A DNA stretch of 53,348 nucleotides, the filler included, from Stramenopiles sp. TOSAG23-3 (Eukaryota): assembly GCA_900128585.1 (NCBI GenBank). It is 4 parts of 4 records of this genome, joined end to end, with 100 filler letters (N's around TTAATTAATTAA, not from the genome) between each part and the next. Parts side by side here need not be neighbours in the genome. Positions count along the whole stretch, not along the records: positions 1 to 24,583 come from LT642302.1; positions 24,684 to 49,086 come from LT642303.1; 2 more parts are not named here. One strand, 5' to 3'. Position numbers and translations under genes: made by a program. Under the pieces are notes generated by a model, which ran no database searches, was not told the DNA's origin, and saw only the letters and a program-made list of their open reading frames with translations. Below are positions 21,514-30,933 of this stretch, in pieces (positions within the stretch are counted from its first letter, which is position 1; each line of letters opens with the position of its first letter).

Positions 21514-23283
21514 ATGAACCACTGCGCCGTTTTAAAGCTGGCACTTTTGCTGGCGCTCTCTGCCCGTGCCTTGACGGCACCTTCCTCGGACCCTGACCTT
21601 GGCTTTGACTTGCTGATGTCCGGAGTTGGTGGGGGGGAAATCATCCGTCAAACGTTAAAGGTTGAGGGGGAAATTCCGTCGTGGTTAGAGGGAACGTTGG
21701 TTCAGAACGGTGGTGGGAGGTTCGAGTGGCCGTCCAAGCTTCGCAGAAACTTGACCAACGCGGGAGATGGGTACGCAAAGCTCGACGTGTTCCAATTTTC
21801 GAACGGCTCGGTCACGTACACGTCAAAATTCTCTCGCTCACAGTGGTGGAACAAAAGCGTGGAGATACACGATATTTCGCCATCTCTGACGTTTGGCGTT
21901 CCCGAACCTCCTCGTAAATCGGACAAAGAAGGCCTGCCAAACGTTTTGGCGTCGAACGACAACCTTGCTGTGAACGTCATCGCCGTCCAAGACCGTATCC
22001 TGATGGTTAGCGACCAGCCGGGGTCGATAGAATTTTCCCAGGAAACGCTGGAGTTCGGAAAGCACAAGAGCCCGATGCCGGGGCCGTTTTGCGCGTTTAC
22101 GGACATTCCTGCCCTTCCGTTGGGGATGATGGGTTCGTTTGGGTCCGCGCACCCCCTTTGGACCGGGAGCTCGCTGGACAGTTCGGGGGATGCGTACGGC
22201 CTCCTGAACGTCCAAAGGCTGTCCACGCTTGACCACCGCCCGGAGCAGATTCGGCTCTTCAAAATAAGTGCAGAGGAGCAGAAAACCAAATCGACGGCAA
22301 ACCCATGGCTCACGCGACGAGCTGTCGCCACGATAAACATGCCCAAAGGAGAATTTGCCCCCTACATGCACTCGTTCTTTCTCGCAGGGGCCCCGGCCCC
22401 TACCCACGCCGTGCTGGTTCAGCACGCGATGAACATTGCAATGGCAGACTTGATCGCGGGCCTCGGCCTGAAGCCGATCTCTGCCGGCTTTGATATAGAC
22501 CTGTCCAGGCCGATGGTGTTTCACATCATCGGCCTCGAGTCTGGAAACGTGGAGAAGAAGATTCGAGTGAACATGACAGATTTTACCCCCGCCGCCTCGA
22601 ACAACTCGATGATTGTCAGCCACACCATCAATGGGTATTTTACAAAAGCGAACGCGAGCGTCCTGGTGCTTGACGTAATCGGGTACACTTTTCTGTTCTT
22701 CGACCGGTTCTCTTCGGACCAGATCAACAACAAAACGGCCCGGGACCATGGAGAGTTTTCCACGAAGCGGGCCAAAACCTTTCGTTTTCTTCTGGATGTG
22801 GATGCCGGCGTCGCCCTCGATGTTTTTGAGCTTTTCCCAAAGAGCGACTGGGAGTTTCCCATCATAAACGAAAATTTCAAAGGAAAGCCGTACTGCCACG
22901 CGTTCGGGTACGAGTTTCGCCACCAAGAGGGCGGGGAGGAGGGCGCGACGGGGATGGCAAAGATGGCAATGATCAAGTACAACGTGTGCGGGGGGCTGGA
23001 CAAGGCAACTGGGAAGCGAGAGGGGCAAACCTTTACAAGGCCATTTCACTACTTCAGCGAGCCGTGGTTTGTTCCGCGGCCGAACGGGACGAAGGAGGAC
23101 GATGGGGTGGTCCTTGTGCTTGCGCTGGATGGTGCGGCTGCCAAGGGGGTGCTGTACGTCTTGGACGCCTCCACCCTCGTGGTCCAAGCGACCCTTAGGC
23201 TTCCCGTGCTGGTCAATCTGAAAACACACGGGCGCTTTATTTGGAAGAAAGAGGTTGGGGTGAAGAAAGCGAGGGACGTTTAA
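21514..23283 (+). CDS. carotenoid oxygenase (CCD/BCO/RPE65 family) with N-terminal signal peptide
   Basis: VEGEIPSWLEGTLVQNGGG, DG(Y)A, four Fe-ligand His (SAHP, YMHSF, SHTINGY, THGRF), EFPIIN, SEPWFVPRP...EDDGVVL, LYVLDA. ATG 21514 begins MNHCAVLKLALLLALSARALTA. Confidence 0.92.
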   Translation: MNHCAVLKLALLLALSARALTAPSSDPDLGFDLLMSGVGGGEIIRQTLKVEGEIPSWLEGTLVQNGGGRFEWPSKLRRNLTNAGDGYAKLDVFQFSNGSVTYTSKFSRSQWWNKSVEIHDISPSLTFGVPEPPRKSDKEGLPNVLASNDNLAVNVIAVQDRILMVSDQPGSIEFSQETLEFGKHKSPMPGPFCAFTDIPALPLGMMGSFGSAHPLWTGSSLDSSGDAYGLLNVQRLSTLDHRPEQIRLFKISAEEQKTKSTANPWLTRRAVATINMPKGEFAPYMHSFFLAGAPAPTHAVLVQHAMNIAMADLIAGLGLKPISAGFDIDLSRPMVFHIIGLESGNVEKKIRVNMTDFTPAASNNSMIVSHTINGYFTKANASVLVLDVIGYTFLFFDRFSSDQINNKTARDHGEFSTKRAKTFRFLLDVDAGVALDVFELFPKSDWEFPIINENFKGKPYCHAFGYEFRHQEGGEEGATGMAKMAMIKYNVCGGLDKATGKREGQTFTRPFHYFSEPWFVPRPNGTKEDDGVVLVLALDGAAAKGVLYVLDASTLVVQATLRLPVLVNLKTHGRFIWKKEVGVKKARDV

Positions 23284-23416
23284 GGTGTTGATAAAAAAAG
23301 TGTAAGTGAAAGGTATAAGATAATTTAATTCGTGTGTGTGTGTTTTAACATTAGTAACGCACGGGCTTCCTTTGTGCAAACTTCACCGCCGACGCACGCG
23401 CGCGCACACCAATCGA

Positions 23417-24583
23417 TCAGCACCCACTGCTATCACCTCGCGCCAACAGCCGCCTCCTCGTCCCTTCGCTGCGCACTTCCGATCGAAATGTTAACCCTTT
23501 GAACTCTACCATCAGCCCAAACTTTTTGACTTTCCACTCCAACTTGTCACAATTTTTCTGGAGGTAGTCCCCAAACTTTGGAGGGATCACACCTTCCCAG
23601 ACCACGTTGTCCCCCACAATGTGCGCGTGTTTCGTCACCGTGCTTTTGACCCACTTCGCAAATTTTCGCAACGGTTCGTCTTGAGAATCTAGTAGATTTT
23701 TGTCGTTGGCATCCAGGACTTCCACTACCTCCTCTCCCAAGAGCCTCCTTCTGCGCGACCGCTGTGCTGGCGCTGGGAAGGTCAAGCCATTTCTCGTCGT
23801 TCCAGTGTACAAATCGAGGTGCATGGGGACCCCACAGCCTCCCTTGTTGGAACCAGAAACGGGGCAAATGCACAGAGGATTTTTCTGGTTTAGCAGCATC
23901 CACATGGCAAGGCAGGACTTTTTCTGCCCATTCTGCCCCTTCCCTTTCAAGACACTGATACAATTTTTCTTCTCGTACTCCTTTAGTTTTCTCCCGCACG
24001 CACACAGGGCGGAATTGTAAGCGGCAAAGCCTCTGCGCAATTGAAACGAGCCGGTGCTGTTATCGACAACAAGTTCCACGTCTGACGCATCTCTTAAGGC
24101 AAGCAAAATGTTGTCGATCAGTTTTTTCTTTTCGTCAGTAAACGTGTTTTCGATGGCTTGTGCGCCACAGTTGGTCGCGTCGCAAAGATGCTGAAGATTT
24201 TCTGTCGGAAGCGTTTCGAGTTGTTGTTGCTTTACCAGCGAAGAAACGGTTGTCGACGATGTGCCAGTTTCTATTGATGCTGTCGCCGTTTCGTGCACAT
24301 CCGACGCAGTTTTTTCTGCATCCTCTAGGACCTCGTCCGGTGCAGTGTCTGCCTGTACATCTGCGTCGTTCACGTGGTTCTGGATTGTATCGTCAACAGC
24401 TTCAGAGGTAAGTGTATCTGCTGTCGACCCAGAACCTTGGTGTACGGTCATAGGGGCAGAACTTGGTTCTACGGTCTCAGGGGCAGAACTTGGTTCTACG
24501 GCTACAGCGGCGAGTTCATGGTTCACAATCTTCTCACACTCCTTTTCTATATCCGTGTTTGTTGAAAGTTCCAGAAGAACAAA
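23417..24583 (-). CDS. 5'-truncated hypothetical protein with degenerate RING-like Cys cluster and RRRLL motifs
   Basis: The frame is open from the linker at 24583 to TGA at 23417. It contains two VEPSSAP repeats, a Cys cluster LCAC...C...SCLAMW...CICP...GGC, two RRRLL motifs, and ends RRRLLARGDSSGC. Confidence 0.7.
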   Translation of the reverse strand, partial: FVLLELSTNTDIEKECEKIVNHELAAVAVEPSSAPETVEPSSAPMTVHQGSGSTADTLTSEAVDDTIQNHVNDADVQADTAPDEVLEDAEKTASDVHETATASIETGTSSTTVSSLVKQQQLETLPTENLQHLCDATNCGAQAIENTFTDEKKKLIDNILLALRDASDVELVVDNSTGSFQLRRGFAAYNSALCACGRKLKEYEKKNCISVLKGKGQNGQKKSCLAMWMLLNQKNPLCICPVSGSNKGGCGVPMHLDLYTGTTRNGLTFPAPAQRSRRRRLLGEEVVEVLDANDKNLLDSQDEPLRKFAKWVKSTVTKHAHIVGDNVVWEGVIPPKFGDYLQKNCDKLEWKVKKFGLMVEFKGLTFRSEVRSEGTRRRLLARGDSSGC

Positions 24584-24683
24584 NNNNNNNNNNNNNNNNN
24601 NNNNNNNNNNNNNNNNNNNNNNNNNNNTTAATTAATTAANNNNNNNNNNNNNNNNNNNNNNNNNNNNNNNNNNNNNNNNNNNN
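24584..24683. other. artificial contig linker
   Basis: 44 N + TTAATTAATTAA (stops in all six frames) + 44 N; the same 100-bp structure occurs three times. Confidence 0.98.
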
Positions 24684-24819
24684 TACAAGCGTCAACAAAT
24701 TAATATGATGATGAAGAAGAAAAAAAAAAAGATATAAAAAAAAGAAAGAAGTAAAAAATATTATCATATCACATATCTCGTCGATCCTTGGTCGAAGTAC
24801 GTATGCGTAAGCGTTTCCC

Positions 24820-26366
24820 ATGCGACTTGTTCCGGCCAAACATAAAAATGTTCGCTCCCCGAGCAGGTTCGCCGAACCGCCAAAGTCTCCTAAGCCACGT
24901 GCCATTCCACACATTGAGATTCAAACACAGTTTGAGGCTCCTCTGGAAACCCTGCGTGAGACTCCTATGGGGGCGGTGGCCAGCAGCGTTGCGGCGAGCG
25001 GGTCTTCTCTGGCCGTTCAGCGAGGAACAAGTACCGCAAACACCCTGCCCACCTCATCCACGACCAGGACAACGTTGACAAACATCAGTAACGACGGTGA
25101 TGACGTCGACTATGAATGCCCTATTTGTTATTTTGCATTTGATGATGAACATACAGTTATTCAATGTAGGAATGGGCACTCGTTCCATGAAACATGTTTG
25201 GAGCAGTGGCACCCAAACAGTGAAAGTAGTGGGGCAAATTGCCCTACTTGTTCAGTTGCCATGGATAAAAGTTTGCCAATAAAGAATAGATTTGCTTCCT
25301 CGGCATCAAAACTAGCCGAGGAAGTCAAATTATTAAGAGCACGACTACAACAACAACAACAACAACAACGACGGCGACGAAAAACATTTAAAAAAAAAAA
25401 CCCACCGCCACCAATTGCTGTTAACGTGAACCAATTTGCTGGCAATGGACAAGTAAAGCATTTATCTGAAGGGTTTCGTTCTTATGTATACAAAAAAATC
25501 AACGATTTTATCCAAAACGACACAGCAGAACAGTTGTACTTCCCACACACAATTGTAGGTGCGTGTAGGGATTACATTTTTAAGACTGGAACTGGCCTAG
25601 GACTATTGTGTAGGAGTAAAACAATGTCCAAAAAGAAAAAAGGGGTCTTATTGACAAAACGATCTGAAGAAGAATCTAAAAAACAGAGGGAAAGGGCAGC
25701 ATTAAGGAGAGAAAGGAAAAATGCGCAAAATGCTAATATTATAGCTAATTCAATACAAATTAATACCGATGCCGGCTGTTTTGTGAAAGAATGTACTGGC
25801 AAACCAAAACATTGGTACTGTGAACATTGTGTTCTGGAAAGGAAATACGAGGATCATATAACTTTTGCTCGTCATCTCTTCAGCAACAAGCATAAAGCCC
25901 AACAAACTATGTCCAACAGATTGAAGAAATACGCAGAGAATGGCGAGCTTTTCGTCAAAAATAAAAAATGCTTAACGTTCCCAATAGCACAAGGAATGGC
26001 AGCAACTTGGAAGTGCAAAGAATGCAATTTTACCGTAGACTATGACAATCCATATCGATGGATTTGGCATAAAAATTGGGCCAAGAAGTTACACGCTGGC
26101 AAGGACATAAACAAGCCAAAAACAGGAAAGAAGCAAACGAAGAAGCAAGCAAGTACTAAAAGAAAACACGTAGGTGGCAGGGATTCTGTTAATACTGATA
26201 CGAAACGAAGCACCGAGTGTCCATGGTATGGCCAGATAATGTAAGGTACCATGGCGTTGTTTCAAAGGTAGATGCGCGTGGCAGGCATACTGTCATTTGG
26301 GATGAAGACCAGACAGAGACGACCGGTTTGAAATACTCACAATTTAGCTTCGTCGTAACTCCGTAA
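24820..26366 (+). CDS. RING-H2 + R3H-like + C2H2 zinc fingers + Tudor-like protein (last domain behind a probable 41-nt intron, 26170-26210)
   Basis: RING CPIC..CRNGHSFHETCLEQW..CPTC. R3H-like segment INDFIQNDTAEQLYFP...RDYIFKTGTGLGL. U1-type finger YCEHC...HLFSNKH and a second finger WKCKEC...H...H. The downstream frame HRVSMVWPDNVRYHGVVSKVDARGRHTVIWDEDQTE is Tudor-like. The start codon is uncertain. Confidence 0.78.
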
Positions 26367-26446
26367 GATTGAGGGAAGAATGTACGAGTAACAAGAATTG
26401 TATAAACCATTATATATGTTACTACTCTTTAAAGAGGGTGTTTTAC

Positions 26447-29059
26447 TTAACCGGTAAGACTCTCGAGCCTTGGATCCTTGCGCAAGTTCTGGTCCATATT
26501 TGCATACTTCTGCAAGGCATTTTCTTCGTGCCTGGACAAACGCTGCTCTAGAATCGAAATACGGAACATAGCCTCGGAACAGAACTTTTCGAACGCTTCG
26601 TCTGCTCCTTCCATGTGATCGCGGCTTCTCTGGAAGTTCGCTTGTTTCTTCGACAATGCACTATTTTCCTCGTCCAGGCGTCGCTGGATAATGTTAGCCC
26701 TTTCTAATAATCGTTCTTTCAAGGCTGCAAGGCATGCGGCTCGGGATTTAGCCGCCTCTTCCCTGGTCGGATCCCGTGGGTCCTTCGCAAAATTCTGAAG
26801 AAACGGAGTAAGGTAATCCACAAAGTTGGGGTCTTTGATTTCCTCCTCTTCCTCTTGTTCGTCCTCCTTGGCCGCTTCGGCCTTCGCTCGCTCCCGGGCC
26901 GTCTCGAAGACGCTGCGGTCCAGCAACACTTTTCCTTCCTCGTTCTTTCTGTGCTGAAATATATCCCGCGATTCTTTCCCCGCGTCCTTAAAATCTTGGT
27001 GTAAATTTTTCTCGTCCGCCCAAATCCGCTCGACCTCTTCTTCCCGAGCACCAGGATCAAATTTTGCTGCAAACGCTTCGGAGGGGGTTCGGCTTTCGTC
27101 TTTAAAGTATTCCCGAGTGCTGCATCGAATGTTGTTGTCCCCATAATGGTACACGCACACGCATCGCTGGTCATCGACGTAGTAAGTGCGGCTGGAAACA
27201 TCATCATCCGCGTTCACGCTTGGGTTGCGAGAAAATTTTTGCTGCATTTTTGTCACTAGCAAATCCCCTAGCTGCCCCGACGGTAAAACGTAGTTCCCCC
27301 GCTTTCCAGCTTGGTCGCTGTTGCGGTCCAGGACCACCCGGCGGAACGTTAAAAAGTCGTCCCGTTCTTCAAAATGCTCCGTAATTGACTTTCCGATCTT
27401 TTCAAATCGTTTGACTTTCCCGTCCAACCGTGCCGTCAGGTAGAAGTGCATCTCTACGCTACGGCCCGGTTGGTCGATGCTCTGCTTGAGCCCCGTCTTC
27501 CGGCCTGGAAGAAAGTACTCGTTGGTGCTTCCCTTCAGTGGGTAGCGCACGCGCCGGTAGAGTTTGTCCTTTCGACTGGAAAATTCTTCCCGTATTTCCG
27601 TTGGAATCGTGCGGGAGAGGTCCCTAAATATAGTCAATCGAGTCAGCATGCCCATGTCGTTTGCCCCTGGAGCGAACACCTCCATTTTCGCACGCTCGTA
27701 CAGTACCACGCGGCAACCGGTTTGTCCGTACCGCAGGGCAACTTTCTCTCGGGGAATGCTTAATTTTCCGACCCAGCTTGGCGGCATGTCCAAAATTTGT
27801 TCGCGCTCTTCAACATCGTCCAGTGCATCCTTGCCCTCCGCCTCCCCACGGCCGCTTGCCAACGAATCCCTGGGGCTGCCTTTGTTGTCGTCCCCAAACG
27901 GGTCGCGGTTTGTATCTTCGCCATTTTCATCCCCCTCGGCCTCCGAGGACTTCTTTGCTCCATTTTTGTCTAGATTGTCGATGAAGACGAATTCCCAGTT
28001 GTCCGAATCAGAAAGATCAAACCCCATCTCGTTCACGGAGGTTGTATCGTCCTGCACGTTCACCCAATAATTTCGGTGATTCCAGACTGATTCGACGCCA
28101 TAGTACGGGCAGTCGTTGACGCGGTAAAACCGGCCGGTAGAAGCTTCTACAAAGAGCGCTTCCTTGATACCACGCTTTACGGGGCCAACCATGACCCACG
28201 AATGGACTAGGGTCGTGTCGACGTCCCCCTGCTTCCCTTCGTCCGCGTAGGTTTCGTAAAAATCCCCCTCCTCCTGCTTTCGTCGGGCTGCCGCTGCTTC
28301 TTCTTCCTTTTGCTTCGTTTCTAACATTTCAATAAACTGACTCTTTGGGATACCTTGGGGTTTGAGCTTGTATGCAGGGTTCGTTACGCCCGAGGACTTG
28401 GACGGGCTCCCGCTGCCCCGGCGCCCCCCGGCCTTGCTCTTGCTAGAGTCCTCCGCCAAAATGTCCTGCTCAAGCAAGGGGCAGATCTGCCGGGACTCAT
28501 CCCTCAGTGTTATCCACTTTGGTGCGTAACCGGACACTACGTACGCATCGTAGCCACTCCCGATGAGAAAGCTCGCCAGCAACACGGAAAACCCAAAGCT
28601 ATCGGCAACCTGTGACTTCAAGACCATGGTGGGGGACGGGAGAATTTTTGGTACTTGGTACGAGTCTGCTAACGGTTCGTAATCGATGAATCCCGCCACG
28701 AACTGCGAGCACGACCGGATGTCGTACAGTTCTTTGTACGGCAGCTGGGTGGGGCGCACCGACGAGCATATCAGCTTGCGTATGCCGCACTCATTTTTTG
28801 GAAACAAGAGGAGGGGGGCGCGTTTCGGAAATATACCTACGAACTGGCGACGAAAATTCTCAACGTACTCCAACGCCAATTCCTCTTTTGTGCTATTACT
28901 TTTATACGAATGAGGTAAACCCCCAATATCAATCGCGTCAATACGCTGGATCAAAGAATACACCGTCCCCTCGTTAGTAAACACAGGAATCTCTTCTTTC
29001 GTTTCGCCTTGGTCCGTCGAACTGGCCGGCGGCATAGCGCCCTGGTCGTTTGCAGACAT
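26447..29059 (-). CDS. DRC7: dynein regulatory complex subunit 7 (DRC7/CCDC135)
   Basis: SYKSNSTKEELALEYVENFRRQF..FPKRAPLLLFPKNECGIRKLICSSVRPTQLPYKELYD, LASFLIGSGYDAYVVSGYAP, LDMPPSWV.KL, DYLTPFL, CLAALKERLLERANIIQRRL, AMFRISILEQRL. Confidence 0.93.
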   Translation of the reverse strand: MSANDQGAMPPASSTDQGETKEEIPVFTNEGTVYSLIQRIDAIDIGGLPHSYKSNSTKEELALEYVENFRRQFVGIFPKRAPLLLFPKNECGIRKLICSSVRPTQLPYKELYDIRSCSQFVAGFIDYEPLADSYQVPKILPSPTMVLKSQVADSFGFSVLLASFLIGSGYDAYVVSGYAPKWITLRDESRQICPLLEQDILAEDSSKSKAGGRRGSGSPSKSSGVTNPAYKLKPQGIPKSQFIEMLETKQKEEEAAAARRKQEEGDFYETYADEGKQGDVDTTLVHSWVMVGPVKRGIKEALFVEASTGRFYRVNDCPYYGVESVWNHRNYWVNVQDDTTSVNEMGFDLSDSDNWEFVFIDNLDKNGAKKSSEAEGDENGEDTNRDPFGDDNKGSPRDSLASGRGEAEGKDALDDVEEREQILDMPPSWVGKLSIPREKVALRYGQTGCRVVLYERAKMEVFAPGANDMGMLTRLTIFRDLSRTIPTEIREEFSSRKDKLYRRVRYPLKGSTNEYFLPGRKTGLKQSIDQPGRSVEMHFYLTARLDGKVKRFEKIGKSITEHFEERDDFLTFRRVVLDRNSDQAGKRGNYVLPSGQLGDLLVTKMQQKFSRNPSVNADDDVSSRTYYVDDQRCVCVYHYGDNNIRCSTREYFKDESRTPSEAFAAKFDPGAREEEVERIWADEKNLHQDFKDAGKESRDIFQHRKNEEGKVLLDRSVFETARERAKAEAAKEDEQEEEEEIKDPNFVDYLTPFLQNFAKDPRDPTREEAAKSRAACLAALKERLLERANIIQRRLDEENSALSKKQANFQRSRDHMEGADEAFEKFCSEAMFRISILEQRLSRHEENALQKYANMDQNLRKDPRLESLTG

Positions 29060-30277
29060 TGCTTCGTCCGGTCGTTGACTTCCTGGTGAATACGTGAAGT
29101 GCGTGTGTGGTGAAAGACTACCTAAAAATTGATTCCACCCAAACTAAATCAAACAATACCTTGATTTAAAAATCTTGTGCCTATCCCTTTCTTCCGCTTT
29201 ATTGTCGTTTCAAATACATATTAAATACAACTTGATCGACTTCTACACGTCTTTTTGTTTTCTATTTATTAGACGCGACGACGGCGGGAGGATCAAAATA
29301 TCTGCCGTCGTCCTCCGTCTTTCGTCTTCTTCTTTTTTATTATTATTAAATAAAAAAAAAGAAAACACATCATTTCTTCTTCTTTTTTTCTTCTTCGTTT
29401 GATAAATTACAAAGACACAGCATTATAATAGAAGAAGAATTAATTAAAAATGACGTTGTTTCTAAGTGAATATATAAACACAGCATAGTAAAACCTATGA
29501 ATGCCGTTACTTCCTAAAAATCTATTTTGATAGAATTTATAAATATACTTATATTTATATATTTAGTATACTTAGGTAATATTCCATGTTGTTTGTGCAA
29601 AATAGGAAATATTGTGTTTTAAGCTAAGCTAAGCGTAAATGTTAATATTGAAATAGTACTCATTGTATATTTTAATTACGTATATTACTTATTTGAGTTC
29701 ATTAGGAACGAAACTGTTACTTGAGATTTTATTGAGCTATAATTTTAATAGGAAGACAGCATCACAAACATAATGAACAACAGGACACAGTATTCGTATT
29801 TGTTTTAACACGATCGACGGCGATTCTACTTCAAATATTTTATATTAATAATTATTTTATAATATTATTTTCAAAAAACCAAAACAAATAGCGAAACATT
29901 TTATATACTTTAAGTACGAATATTAGGTCGAGTTCAACAACTACAGATTTTAAATAGGAGAAATGGAATAAAAAAGAGGAAGCAATACAATACACCACCC
30001 TACCCCGTACGTACGTATTATACCAAGTATTAATATTACAATTTAAATTATACCTCTTGGCGACTAGACTAGACTAGACAAGACAGACTACGATACGAAA
30101 CGATACAAGAATAGAATAGAATAGATAGAACGTGTACTGCAAGAACTCCTCCTGTTTTTATGTCTCGTTGTTAACTTGTTGTACAATAATACAATTTTAA
30201 GTGTCCACATTAGTAAGGATTCCAGTCGAAAACCAACCAACCCCGCACATCACCCCGCAAACTCCCCTTCCTCCATG

Positions 30278-30328
30278 TTCCTTCCTTCCTTCTTTCTTTC
30301 TTTGTTTGTTTCTTTGTTTCTTTGCTTG

Positions 30329-30360
<32 letters not shown>

Positions 30361-30394
30361 TTTCGACTCTTTCTTTCTTTCTTTCCTTCCTTCC
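30278..30394 (+). repeat. (TTCC)/(TTTC)/(TTTG) microsatellite
   Basis: Compound tetranucleotide pyrimidine-rich tract, directly visible. Confidence 0.9.
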
Positions 30395-30933
30395 TATTGT
30401 CTTTTATATTTAAATAATCGTTCGTTCTACTTATTTCAATCAAGAATGCCTATCTAATGACCTCATTTGAGGAATATGAGGAGGATAACCAAGGGAAAAA
30501 TGAAAATGAAAAAAAGGGGGGAGTACGATATTACAGAACACAGCACTTACTAATGCTATTTGATACATAATATCAATAATGCCAATATGCATACAGTAGA
30601 AAGTAAAATCGATTTAGTATAGGAATAGGACCAAAGAACTTCTTTGTCTGTATATCATCACACATGTACTTATACTGACGACTAATAATAATGAGTGCGC
30701 GTATAGTAAGTAAGTATAATAGTAAAATTGCATTTTCTTTCAAACGTGCGTTTTCCGCAGTTTACTTTTACGGTAGGTAGGTAGGTAGGTAGACAGACGT
30801 AAAAACTCGAAAGGAAAGGGAGTGCACGTTGGAAAGTTATCGCACAGTTAAACCGCACAGGAGTAGAGCTTGCACGTATTGTTGTATAAGAACAGATTTG
30901 GTGCAGGGCAGTCTTTTTCTTCGTGAAGTAAAA

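Noticed and set aside
1555-23379. Long antisense or overlapping ORFs (e.g. 3070..4401 +, 5718..6671 -, 8321..9397 +, 21838..23379 -)
   Set aside because: Shadow ORFs produced by high GC3 codon bias of the real genes; no recognisable motifs.
23351-23419. Gly-Cys-TGA end followed by a SECIS-like hairpin on the minus strand (GTGA..AAA..GG-AAG-CC..)
   Set aside because: The 3' side of the core reads TAAT rather than NGAN, helix II is only about 9 bp, and it lies about 30 nt from the UGA, closer than known functional spacing. A SECISearch hit would be needed to reconsider.
24584-24683. TTAATTAATTAA within N runs (three occurrences) as a biological repeat or piggyBac-type TTAA site
   Set aside because: The fixed 44N-12-44N structure is an artificial six-frame-stop linker.
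30061-30130. Graded pentanucleotide repeats (TAGAC, CGATA, AATAG) and other short arrays (38314 GGGCTCT, 12000 TCGA, 30772 GTAG)
   Set aside because: Ordinary slippage microsatellites with no repeat-spacer structure; not CRISPR-like.
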